Assembly: GCA_963674865.2 (NCBI GenBank)
Contig: CAXXYE010000009.1
Location: 1,088,001-1,152,000 of the forward strand
Direction: 5' to 3'
DNA from: Candidatus Hydrogenedentota bacterium
GTDB taxonomy: Bacteria > Hydrogenedentota > Hydrogenedentia > Hydrogenedentales > SLHB01
Length of the DNA stretch: 64,000 nt
Part shown: positions 19,953 to 30,400 of the stretch, piece by piece
How the letters are laid out: every line of letters starts with the position of its first letter
Position numbering within the stretch: position 1 is the stretch's first letter
Notes under the pieces: generated by a model
What the model saw: the letters and a program-made list of their open reading frames with translations, nothing else
Database searches by the model: none
What the model was told of the DNA's origin: nothing
Translations under genes and position numbers: made by a program

Positions 19953-21056
19953 ATGGACACACGCGCGAGACAGCGGGGATTCACCCTCCCCGAAATGCTT
20001 GTTGCCATCACGATCTTCCTCGTTGTGATGGCAGGCATCTCCGCTGTGTTTGTAAGCAGCCTCCGCGCGGTTCGCCAAGGCTACCAGGCTATCGATGCTT
20101 ACGAGCTGGGCCGGAGTTCCCTTGCCGTCGTCAAGCGCGATCTGACCTCCTGTTTCACTTCCCGCGAGCACGGCGACTACTACAGCTTCTGCGGCACCCC
20201 CATCGGCATGACCTTCGTCGGCCTCGTGCGCAGCTCCGCCGATAGCGCGACGGCCAATATCGCGCGCGTCACCTACGCCATCTATGCCCTGCCGAGCGGC
20301 CAGTTCACGAGCCTCGGAGACGTTACCGGGGATGAAACGGGCCAGCATTTCACCGATGCGGGCGGGGAAGAGGTCAATACCTACTCCCTCATCCGTTATG
20401 TCGAGCCCGAGGTGGACAACCTGGATTCGTTCCCGGTGGACTGGCGCCTCCTGGCGCAGGCGTCTGCTAGTGGCTACGAGTCGTCCGGCGCATCCGTTCT
20501 GAGCGCCGAACTCGACGAGGCCAGCGGCCAAGGCACGGGCGGCTTTCTGGATTACCTCGACGGCAACGTGCAACTCAGCGCCGTCCGCAAGCAACTGGTG
20601 GCCGCCAAGCAACGCGAACTCTGGATACGGATGTTGGCCGGCGAGCCCGAACTGTTAGGTGACGTCGGCGTCGACACGATTTGGCAGCTTCTTGGAGAGG
20701 ACCCGCTCGACTACGTGGTCGCCGAGAACATCGTGAGCGAGGTGGAGCCGCTTCTCGAGTACAAGGACTACGCCTCTTTCCAGCCGTTTTTCCAATTCGG
20801 GCGTGTCATAAACAACCATGGCGACATCGAGTGGCTCCACTTCTGGAACTCGCTCGAAAACGCCCCCGGCCTAAGTCTTCCCGCGGCCTATGCCAATCCG
20901 GACGCCGCCGGCTCGCCCATGTTTCCGAGGCTGCCCGAGGTCGTCCTCGCCGATATACGGCTCATGTACGAGAGTCCATACCCCGGCGCGCCGGACTTCG
21001 ACCGGCGTTTTCGCGAACAGATTGACGTTCCCTCGGCTTATACCCGCGGCCGTTAG
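19953..21056 (+). CDS. Minor prepilin (PilW/GspJ-like)
   Basis: G|FTLPEMLVAITIF, VKRDL helix end, C-terminal RLPEVV. AGGAG RBS before ATG 19953. Confidence 0.82.
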   Translation: MDTRARQRGFTLPEMLVAITIFLVVMAGISAVFVSSLRAVRQGYQAIDAYELGRSSLAVVKRDLTSCFTSREHGDYYSFCGTPIGMTFVGLVRSSADSATANIARVTYAIYALPSGQFTSLGDVTGDETGQHFTDAGGEEVNTYSLIRYVEPEVDNLDSFPVDWRLLAQASASGYESSGASVLSAELDEASGQGTGGFLDYLDGNVQLSAVRKQLVAAKQRELWIRMLAGEPELLGDVGVDTIWQLLGEDPLDYVVAENIVSEVEPLLEYKDYASFQPFFQFGRVINNHGDIEWLHFWNSLENAPGLSLPAAYANPDAAGSPMFPRLPEVVLADIRLMYESPYPGAPDFDRRFREQIDVPSAYTRGR

Positions 21057-21121
21057 TGAGCGGCGAACGGCGCCGACTTGGCGGCTGTCAAGGCGGATAA
21101 ACACATTTGGGGTGGGAGAGC

Positions 21122-24100
21122 ATGACAGGTAGAACCGGCAACACCGGCGCGGCCCTCGTTATCGTCGTCGCCATTCTGGCGATACTTTTCGCCATCGGCC
21201 TGGCCTTTTTCGCCATCAGCGGCATGCAGGTCAAGATGGCCACCAACGCCGCCAATGCCACGCGCGCCGAACTCCTTGCCGATGGCGCACGCGCCATCGC
21301 CATCGCCTTCCTCAATCAGGATCTCGCCGCCCACACCACCTACACCTCCCTCGATCACGCATGGCGCACCTACTTCAACGGCGCCTGGGCCTATGACAAG
21401 CCGTGGATGCATGCCTCGCTTGACAGCACAAGGCTGCGCCTCGAGGCCGGCGGCATTCCCGAGGTCAATTTCACGAACATTTTCGATCCTCCCGGCGCCA
21501 CGCCGCGTGAGCGCACGCTGCTGCGCAATTTCGAAGACCTGCTCTATGTCCCGCGAGGCCAGGACACCGGCTTGCTCGGTTTTGATCCTTATGACGAGTC
21601 GCCCGCAGACTTCTACGACGCCCTGGCCGTCTTCACCCAGTTCAGCGGCTTCGTCATCGATCCCGTGCGCTATGCGAATCTGCACTCCGGCGCCCCGCCC
21701 CTGATTCCTGCCGAACGCGTCGATCAATGGGCCGACGTGGATAGCGACGACGACGGCTACAAAGACGCCGTCTGGTTTCCCATGCAGGCGGACGTTTACT
21801 TCGATGACGACGGCATAGACAACGACCTCGACGGCGTGATCGACGAGCCGGGCGAAACGGCCGTCTTCGTGTATTGGGGCGGCAATGACGACATTGACAA
21901 TGACGGCGACGGCCTTGTCGATGAGGACGATGAGGAGAAGCTCTTTCTCACTTCTCCCTTGGTGGACGTTTACGGCGACCCCATCCCCTCGTTCAACGTG
22001 AAGATCAATACTTTCGATTTCCAGGCGTTTACCGGTATCTCCTTGGTGGGTGGCCTAAAAACAATTGACCAGTCGAGCGATCCGGAAGTTGTCGACCGCA
22101 TCGACAACGACTGGGACCTCTTCATCAACGAGCACGAAGAGCGCTTCTACACCGAGGACGACCCCGTTCCGGTAGGCGAAGCGGACAGACTCAAAGATGC
22201 GAATCTAGGCCTCTACCTTATCGCTCCCGAGTATTACTCGGGCCTGGGCGACGTGACGTTCTACGCCAGCGGCGAGCCCGTCTGCGAACTGGTGGGCCGG
22301 GCCGCGGTGCTCATCGTTGATGAGGCCGGCAAGGTGAACCTCAACGCGGCCGGCGGCCATACGCTTGATGAAACCACCGGCGACGTACTCACGGGGGCCA
22401 TCGCCCGTACCGGCGCCACCGCCTATCCCGAAGACCCATGGACCTACCTGGCCCTCGGCAGTCTGGCCGCTGCGGCCGCCGGATATGCCGCCTACGATGT
22501 CGCCTACGCCGGCACGTACGCCACCTCGGGCCCGCCTGTAGGCACTGCCCTCGGAGACTATGAGACGCGATTCTTGCCGGATATAGGCCACGTGCGGGCG
22601 GCACGCGCCTGGCAACTGCGCATGGGCGCCCCGGATGGGAAATCCTATCAGTTCAATGCTGCTGCAACGGTTCCGTATGACGCTAACGAATTCGAGGGCG
22701 ACGTGCGCTTTCCCGGATACGCAGGCGTGGATGACAACGGCAACGCCCTCTGGCTCGCCTTTAACGGCGTCGATGACGACGGCGACGCCTACTACTACGA
22801 ACACGACGGTATCGACAACGACCTCAACGGTGAAACCGACGAGCCTGGCGAAGGCGCCCTGGTGGGCGTGGATGAAGGCTTCGTGCCCTATGACTACGAC
22901 GGCGACGGCGACGTCGAATATGCCATGCTTGAAGGTATTGATGAGCCCGCCGAATTCCAGCGCTATAGGCCCTACCGGGACATCGTCGCGGAAACCGACC
23001 TCGTGGACAATGACGGCGATACGCCCGAAACCATCGACGAAATCGGCGAACTGGGAGATCGCGTCCTCAAGACTCGCCAGCAGGTCAAGCTCGTTAATGA
23101 GATCGCTGGGGAAAGGTATAACGACCTCAAGAATGTCATTACGGTCCATTCCTCAGACAAGAACGTAAGGCGGCGTCTTTCGGATCAGGCCGTTACCGGC
23201 CTCAAGCTGGACTATAACTACGCCTCGGCCGAGGATATCGATCGCATGCTGGTGGAAGATTGGGGATACAACTTCAATCCGCTGGCCACGACCGACCTCC
23301 TCGGGCGCTCCGTGGCCAACGGGCCGTCCGTAGGCGTCAAGAACTACTTCGCAGGCCTACGTCTTGGGGCGGCCGACCGCCTGATCCCCGCGTACAGCAA
23401 CGGCATTATGAACGGCGTCTACGAGAGTCAGAACCATGACGTCCGCATCGCTGCCGATCCACGCCTTCAAGCCGCGCAACTCGCGGCCAACACGCGCGAC
23501 GCCGCCGATCGGGACTATGCCCGAAGCGAAGTTACCGCCCGCGTCGAGCCGGATCCCTGGTGGAAACAGTATCAGGAGAACTTCAGCGCCGATACCGATG
23601 AGCGTGCCATTACCTACACGGCCGCCGGACTCGAGGCCATCCGCATCAACGAGGTTATGGTGCGCCCCGTCCGCCGCGTCGAGGCTGAGGCCACAACGGA
23701 GAGCGATGGGCTGGGATACGACGAGGACCTTGATCCGACTCCGCCAGGCACGAACGCGGAAGTCGACCTCAAGGAGTTCTTCGTTTCCCGCGGCACGCTG
23801 CAAGATGGCGACGAGGTCGAGCAAGAGGCGTATGCGCTCGGAACCACGGGCTGGGCGGCGTACGGCAGTGTCATCGGCGATGAGGCCGGCTGGGCAACCA
23901 GCGTTGCCTATCTGGACGGTGACGACGGCACAGGCGGCGTTCCTGCCGATGTTATCCAGTTTCGGTTCAAGGCCTCCTCAGGCCTCAAGGCTGGCCGGTA
24001 TTACCTGCTGATGAACACGGCAGGGCCGGATGGCGAGCCGACGGTGACGGCTTCCGGCCAGTTCCAGTATGCCATCAAGTACTACGATCCCACCGGGGCC

Positions 24101-27100
24101 TCTGCTACAGCCGATGATGACACCATTCTTGACGATATTGCGGCCGGCGATCCTGTCGTGTGGAACGATATTAGAGATGACTTCTTGCCCATGGACAGTG
24201 TCGAGTACCGCTTTGCGAAGGACGGCGATGACAACGCGACGGGCTGTGTATTCTTGCCCTCGCCGGGATACCGCAATCCGGATCACATCAACGCGTTGCC
24301 CGGCTATGAGTTGGACGAGGGCCACACCGTTCTTGTTCCCGGCGATCCCCTGGAACTGGTGATCGCTATCCGCAAGGCCACGGCGGATGGCGACCCCCTT
24401 GCCATCAACTTCTTTGATTTTAGCCAGGAGCCTGACCACGAGTGGCTCGAGTTGGTGAATACCTCGAATGAGTCTGTCCCGCTGGACAACTGGGAACTCG
24501 TTGTAGGCTATAGCCCCGACGACCCGAACGCTGCGATTATGCGTGTCCCCGAGGATACGACCATTGCCCCCTTCGGCATGCTCCTCCTCGGACTCAACAA
24601 GTACGATGATTTCCGGAACAACGAACTCTACTATCCCAACAACACGCCCTTCCCGGTACACGAGTCCGATAGCCTCATCTACAACAACGGCATCGGCCTC
24701 GCCCGCGGCAAAGTGCCCCTTAAGGCGCAAGGAAGCGCCTCATTGCCCTACCGGACCGACTGGTACAGCGAGGTTTCGCAGCCGCGCATCGGTGTTACGC
24801 CCAATGTCTTCCGGCCCGGCGTGCGGTGGCCCGACTTCGAGGATGACGGCGTCATCTCCTCCTACGACCAGTTCTTTGCTTCTTTGACGGAGTCCGAGCA
24901 GCAAACCAAGGCGTGGGATCGGATCGTCGAGCTGGAAGTGGATGCCCCCGACGACTTTGCCGATATCACCAGTCTCGATGATCTGGCGGAAGTGCTCTTC
25001 AGAGGCGGCGTTTTTCCGAACTATCCCGAGCATGACGAGTACGACAACGACGGCGACCGATACATTCTCGAACGCGACAGCGTCGATAATAATCTCGACG
25101 ATGGCGACGAGGTTGACGAAGAGGGCGAAGGCATAGACGAGGGCCGCCACGCCGAAAGCGATCATGTGCCCGGTTCTTTCGGCGACGACGAGCTTGCCTA
25201 CCGCGCTGATTTTGACCTCGACGGCACGACGGACACCTTTTCACCCGGCTACCTGGACTTGAGCAATGACCCGCCCGAGTGGAAGGAGTTTGTCGAGCGC
25301 CGGTGGTATCCAGGCGATTGTGTCATCGTTACGCTGTACCAGGGGCCGGCCGTCCAGGGGCGCATCGTGGACCGCATCACCTACACCGAACACGATGTGG
25401 TCAATCGCACCATTGATGATGACGCCAAGTGTGTTTATCCGGATGCGGCCAAGCTGAATACTACCTACGTGACGTTCTGGCCGGAGAACTCGATGGCCCT
25501 CGACTTCTACAAGGCCCTCGAGCGCAAACATCCCTTCTATCCCGGCGACCGCTTTGGCTTTGAAAACCGTTGGCAGGCTACCGACGGCAATTATGATGAC
25601 TGGGCGCGCACCGAGCGCGTCGGCCCGGACGGCGACGTTATCGATGAGCCTACGCCGCTGGAAGAGAACATCTTCGCCCGGACGCTCGAGAGCGAATTCA
25701 GCGACGCCAATCCCGAATTGGCCTGGCTCGTAAACACCGGGCGGGCCAAGATCCGCAACCGGCCCTACACCAGCCCGGGCGATCTCCTCCGTATGCCGCA
25801 CCTTATCCTCAAGAAGCGGTATAGATGGAGCAGCGGCTTTGACGGAGTCTTTATCCTAGGTTCCGACCTCGTAGATGAGGATCTCAAGAAATACATGCTC
25901 GGCTGGGCTCAAGGGCGCGCCCTGCGGGCGCTTATCACCGGTATGGCCGTCGAGCCCGTCATGCTGACCTGTGCCCAGGCGGATGTGACGCCCACGCCGC
26001 CTTACATTGAGACGGTGTGGGACCGCGACAACAACCGCCTCCCCATTGCCTGGTCGCCCATCCTGCTCTATGAGTTGGACGGCGACAGGACCGTCTCCGA
26101 GGCGGACTTCCCCTATCAGCTCCGGTACTTGCTCGAAACGCCCGATGACCTCCCCGCTACCCTGGCCGGAGCGACGGGCGTTAACCCACGCTGGCCCCTC
26201 GAGCGCCGCGCCGTCATGTATGTATCCCGCAACTCCACCACGACCGGCGCCACGGGCCTGGACGTGATCAGCGAAAGCGAGAGTGTCTTCACGTGGGATG
26301 GTGAAGATGGACTCGAAGACGGCGAGTACGATGTCTATGTCGTCATGACGCCTCCGCTGGACTCATTCCGCGGCCGCGTTATCCTCCATCCGGACGGGGA
26401 AGAGCTGTTCGACACGCTTCCCAGCGCCCTTCAGGAAGACACTCAAGGCCTGGTCGTGGATATTGAGTGCTATAGCAACCGCGATGGCGATGGGCGGCGG
26501 AGCGCCGCCGACGCCGCAGACTCCTTTGGGAGCCTCCAGGCTGTTTCCCCGGATGCCGATGGCGTTATCCACTACGGCATAGTCCGCGTCCAGGACAACT
26601 ATTTGGCCCTCCGGCTGACCAACCGCGCCGCCGAGGGCCTGCTCAACCGCTTCTCCTACGTCATACTCGCCCCGCAGGGACGCACGCCCGGCCGGATCAA
26701 TATCAATACAACCGAGACACGCGTCGTCAACGTTGGTGGTATAGACTCTTGCTTCAACACGCTTTACGGCATGCCCGGCATGCTCGAACCGGCCGATATC
26801 GAGGCGATGATTGACGATACAGGTAATCCTTTCGAAACGCTCGACATGGCCCTGCCGGATGCATCGTTTCTCACCGACGATATGGGCAAATACGACGTCT
26901 ATCCCGAACTCGGCTTCTTCTTCCGCGCTTACGACCTCGAAACCCGCCGGCCCGGGCCGGAGATTAACTCAACGACAGGCGTTGAAGAGCACCTCGACGG
27001 CCGCTACTACACCGGCCTGGGTGATCTCGTCGTTGATCCAAGGCTCTTCGAGGCCGTCCTGGAGTATCAGTATCCCATCGGCCGTGCCTCCGTCGCCGAC

Positions 27101-27304
27101 CTGGATCTGTTGTTTACAGAGGTAACAGGGCGATTCACGCGGATGGCGAACCTCACCGCCACGCGCTCCGATAACTTTGAGATCATCGTCACGGCCCAGA
27201 GCGGCTATGGCGTCGACCGCGACGGCGACGGGAAGATCAACTACCGCCGGGACGAATTCGAGGTGACTGCCGAGAAGAAGACGCGCACCGTCTACGAACG
27301 ATAA
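21122..27304 (+). CDS. Giant (~2060 aa) PilX/GspK-like tip pilin with Asp-rich Ca-binding loops, HhH-like modules and a split lamin-tail domain
   Basis: N-terminal G|AALVIVVAILAIL lacking Glu5, DEAGKVNLN, PGRININT, C-terminal TRSDNFEIIVTAQ...RTVYER. Many DxDxDG/DGIDND loops. IRINEVM and EWLELVN lamin-tail motifs. Confidence 0.8.
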   Translation: MTGRTGNTGAALVIVVAILAILFAIGLAFFAISGMQVKMATNAANATRAELLADGARAIAIAFLNQDLAAHTTYTSLDHAWRTYFNGAWAYDKPWMHASLDSTRLRLEAGGIPEVNFTNIFDPPGATPRERTLLRNFEDLLYVPRGQDTGLLGFDPYDESPADFYDALAVFTQFSGFVIDPVRYANLHSGAPPLIPAERVDQWADVDSDDDGYKDAVWFPMQADVYFDDDGIDNDLDGVIDEPGETAVFVYWGGNDDIDNDGDGLVDEDDEEKLFLTSPLVDVYGDPIPSFNVKINTFDFQAFTGISLVGGLKTIDQSSDPEVVDRIDNDWDLFINEHEERFYTEDDPVPVGEADRLKDANLGLYLIAPEYYSGLGDVTFYASGEPVCELVGRAAVLIVDEAGKVNLNAAGGHTLDETTGDVLTGAIARTGATAYPEDPWTYLALGSLAAAAAGYAAYDVAYAGTYATSGPPVGTALGDYETRFLPDIGHVRAARAWQLRMGAPDGKSYQFNAAATVPYDANEFEGDVRFPGYAGVDDNGNALWLAFNGVDDDGDAYYYEHDGIDNDLNGETDEPGEGALVGVDEGFVPYDYDGDGDVEYAMLEGIDEPAEFQRYRPYRDIVAETDLVDNDGDTPETIDEIGELGDRVLKTRQQVKLVNEIAGERYNDLKNVITVHSSDKNVRRRLSDQAVTGLKLDYNYASAEDIDRMLVEDWGYNFNPLATTDLLGRSVANGPSVGVKNYFAGLRLGAADRLIPAYSNGIMNGVYESQNHDVRIAADPRLQAAQLAANTRDAADRDYARSEVTARVEPDPWWKQYQENFSADTDERAITYTAAGLEAIRINEVMVRPVRRVEAEATTESDGLGYDEDLDPTPPGTNAEVDLKEFFVSRGTLQDGDEVEQEAYALGTTGWAAYGSVIGDEAGWATSVAYLDGDDGTGGVPADVIQFRFKASSGLKAGRYYLLMNTAGPDGEPTVTASGQFQYAIKYYDPTGASATADDDTILDDIAAGDPVVWNDIRDDFLPMDSVEYRFAKDGDDNATGCVFLPSPGYRNPDHINALPGYELDEGHTVLVPGDPLELVIAIRKATADGDPLAINFFDFSQEPDHEWLELVNTSNESVPLDNWELVVGYSPDDPNAAIMRVPEDTTIAPFGMLLLGLNKYDDFRNNELYYPNNTPFPVHESDSLIYNNGIGLARGKVPLKAQGSASLPYRTDWYSEVSQPRIGVTPNVFRPGVRWPDFEDDGVISSYDQFFASLTESEQQTKAWDRIVELEVDAPDDFADITSLDDLAEVLFRGGVFPNYPEHDEYDNDGDRYILERDSVDNNLDDGDEVDEEGEGIDEGRHAESDHVPGSFGDDELAYRADFDLDGTTDTFSPGYLDLSNDPPEWKEFVERRWYPGDCVIVTLYQGPAVQGRIVDRITYTEHDVVNRTIDDDAKCVYPDAAKLNTTYVTFWPENSMALDFYKALERKHPFYPGDRFGFENRWQATDGNYDDWARTERVGPDGDVIDEPTPLEENIFARTLESEFSDANPELAWLVNTGRAKIRNRPYTSPGDLLRMPHLILKKRYRWSSGFDGVFILGSDLVDEDLKKYMLGWAQGRALRALITGMAVEPVMLTCAQADVTPTPPYIETVWDRDNNRLPIAWSPILLYELDGDRTVSEADFPYQLRYLLETPDDLPATLAGATGVNPRWPLERRAVMYVSRNSTTTGATGLDVISESESVFTWDGEDGLEDGEYDVYVVMTPPLDSFRGRVILHPDGEELFDTLPSALQEDTQGLVVDIECYSNRDGDGRRSAADAADSFGSLQAVSPDADGVIHYGIVRVQDNYLALRLTNRAAEGLLNRFSYVILAPQGRTPGRININTTETRVVNVGGIDSCFNTLYGMPGMLEPADIEAMIDDTGNPFETLDMALPDASFLTDDMGKYDVYPELGFFFRAYDLETRRPGPEINSTTGVEEHLDGRYYTGLGDLVVDPRLFEAVLEYQYPIGRASVADLDLLFTEVTGRFTRMANLTATRSDNFEIIVTAQSGYGVDRDGDGKINYRRDEFEVTAEKKTRTVYER

Positions 27305-27419
27305 ATATACGAACAATGCGCTCGGTTTTGGGCGGAAATCATCCTGTTTTCGCCGGAAATCATTCATAACTAGACTGAATGAGCCCGAAATCGAAGCCTT
27401 TTCGCAGGAGTTTGGCGCC

Positions 27420-30400
27420 ATGAATCAGCGTATGTGCATCGCCGCCGTCCTCACCCTCATGCTCACTTGGGCTGCCTTGCCCGCCTTCCCGCAGTCCGAA
27501 GTCGTTCTGACGCAAGAACCTGGCAACTTCGCCGGATACGATACGGTGGAGAGCATGGCGGACGTCCGCGCCCTCCTCACCGACGGCGTGAATCTTCGCA
27601 TTATTGTCGACGCCGGGCCGGAGGAGGGGGGGCTCTGGTCGGATGGGTATTTGAGCATCCCCAGCAACAGCGACGTCACCGTTGAAGCGAATGTGCTGCT
27701 GGCGCCCTATGAAGTCGGTTTCGACGCCGGTGATGTGAACACCAACGTTATCGAGGTTGCCACGGGCGCCACGGCGTCCATCGAAGGACTTGCCTTAACC
27801 GGCGGCCGGGCCGGTATCAGCGCCGGTGGGACCGCCTCCACGGTTGACGTCGAGCGATGTTACATCCGAGACAACGCCGACGTTGGCATCCAGGTTGCCG
27901 ACACGTCCACGGCACACATCGCGAATTGCAGCATCGTAGATAACGGCGCCGACGGCATCACGGTGGCGAGCAGCGCCTCACTGGGCGCCGAGATCCTATT
28001 CTGCACCATCCTCGACAACCTCGGGGACGGCGTCGATGTCCTGGCCGGGGCCAAGGCTTCGATGTGGAACTGCATCCTGGCCGGTAATGGAGGATGGGGC
28101 GCGAATGCTACGGCGGATGATATCGATCCATTTGATCTCTGTGATTTCTCCAACAACACGGGCGGCGAGCACCCCGGCTCGCTCAGCCCGAGCACCAAGA
28201 AGACTTTCGACCCTGTTTGGGCGACCGCCCCGGTGTGGAAAGGCCAATTGGACACAGGCAATACGGACAATCAAACCAACCTAAGAAACCAGGGCACTCT
28301 CGTTCCGGAAGACGACGTGCCCGTACTCGATTTCGAGGGCGAGCCGCGTCCGATGGGCGGGTCCTGCGACATTGGAGCGGATGAGTTCACGGAAGGCGGC
28401 TCGCCGAACGATTGGTTTTACTGCGAAATCCAGCCGAGCCCTATCGGAGGCGATTACCTTGAGGCGGGGCTGCTCCGCATCACCCTCGGCATCAACTTGT
28501 CCGATTTGGAATTCCACGCCTACGACGGCTCCTATGGGAGTGGCGAGGACCGGGTCCTTCTGGTTCCGCAGCACGTTCGAGAGATGATTGACGAAGGCGA
28601 GGTGGATCTGTACGCGGCAGACATCGGTGATTACGCCATTCCCATCAACATGACGGACGGCTCGGGCGCGCTATGGCTTGGGACGAACGCCAACAGAATC
28701 GAGACACGAAACGCGTATGGGACTGTTAATGACGGCGTTGCCTGGATTTACATCATTGAAAACGGTACCTCGTCATTGGCCGCCCAAGGCCAGGCCGTGT
28801 CCGGCCGCAAAGTGATTATCGACACCGTCGGGCCTCAAATCGATTTCAGCGAGACCACGCCGATTCAGGGGTACGGAGCGGATTGGTTCGTCACGGGCAG
28901 CAATGATGTAACCGCGGCGACGGATTACGGCGTTTCCGGCCAGCATGACTTCCCTGAATTGCCGAGCGACTATCTGCCCAAGACCGCTGCCGTTCCCTAC
29001 GGCACCGATGGCCGGATAAAGGAGGGCGTCGTCGGCGAGCCGGGGGCGTGTGCTTTCTTCAATGTCGGGTCGGAGTCGAATGGCTATGCGGCTACGCCGC
29101 TCCAGTCGCTTCAGATTCGCGTCAGGTTCTACGATGCTCCCCCGCCCAGCACGGAAGAAGAAGACACGGACGACATCGTGCCTTCGGGCTTTGACTCCGA
29201 TTTCGACGGCTATGATAAGTCCGGCGACGTGGAGACTTACGTGACGGGCGACGGCTCCATCGATCTGCCCGCCACCTGGATTATCACCGAAGGGGCGGAC
29301 TATATCGAATCCACCGACGATGTGTCGGTTACCTACGAACTCAGCGATGGCGACGAGTCTCTTGAAGCCAACTGGACCTTCACGGAGTTCCCCGCCGAAC
29401 GCGCCGCCAATAACGACTTCCACATCGCCGTGAAGTTCCGCGCCAGGGACGCGGCGGGCAACATCACCGAGAAAGAAGAGCTCCTCGATCCGCTTCACCT
29501 ATGGTGGCTCATCAGTGCCGATACGCAGCTTTCGCCGCACTGGGACAGCAAGGTCGAGCGCCCTTACTTCTCCTGGTCTTTGCGGCGCAATGATGTGCCG
29601 GCCGGCGCCGGGGAGGATTGCCAGCCGCGCTTCACCTACCGCCTCTGGGAGGGCCAGGCCGACGACAAGGACGGGCTCTACACCCCCATCGACGCCACAG
29701 GCTGGTCGGGCTGGGGCACCGCAACCACGTTGTCCTATACCTCCCTTGTCAACGAGTTGGAATCCTATGGGGATTTCGAAGACTACACCAACAAGTGGCT
29801 GTTCATTGCCGTGGTGGGCGCCGACGAGGCGGGGAATGTGGAGCCTTGGCCCAGTTCCCTCAATGGCTCGTTTACCTTCTCCAGCTATGCCGCCTATCTT
29901 CAGAATCGTCGGAACTGGCAACGCTTCTATATTACCTCCGTGAGCGGACTCGATACAGGGATTTCGGCTACCTTCTGGCATAACAACAGGCCCTATGACG
30001 ACGATGCCGATGATCGCGGGGAGGCCTCCTTTGGCAATGCGTCGGTCCTTCCCTATCCCGCCGACTCCAATCTTCAGCATCTCGATGGCCGTATCGAGAT
30101 ACAGCCCAAAATCAGTCAGGATCTGCTCGATCAGTACGGGTCGGACGAGATCACGGTCTATTGGCAGTTGTACGAAGGCAATGTCCTGGATCCGAGAACG
30201 CCCCCGGCCAACGACCAGCCACTGTCCCTTACCTCCCCAACGGCTCTGACGGTGTTCTTACGCGACCTCGGAGATCCGGACGAGCCTGTCAGCTATGTTC
30301 TTAGCGCCTGGGCAAGACTCGAGCTAGGCGGCGGCACCTATATCCTCGATGAAACGCCGGCCAACTTGCATTTCACGGTTGTGCCGAACAGCGTGAGCGA

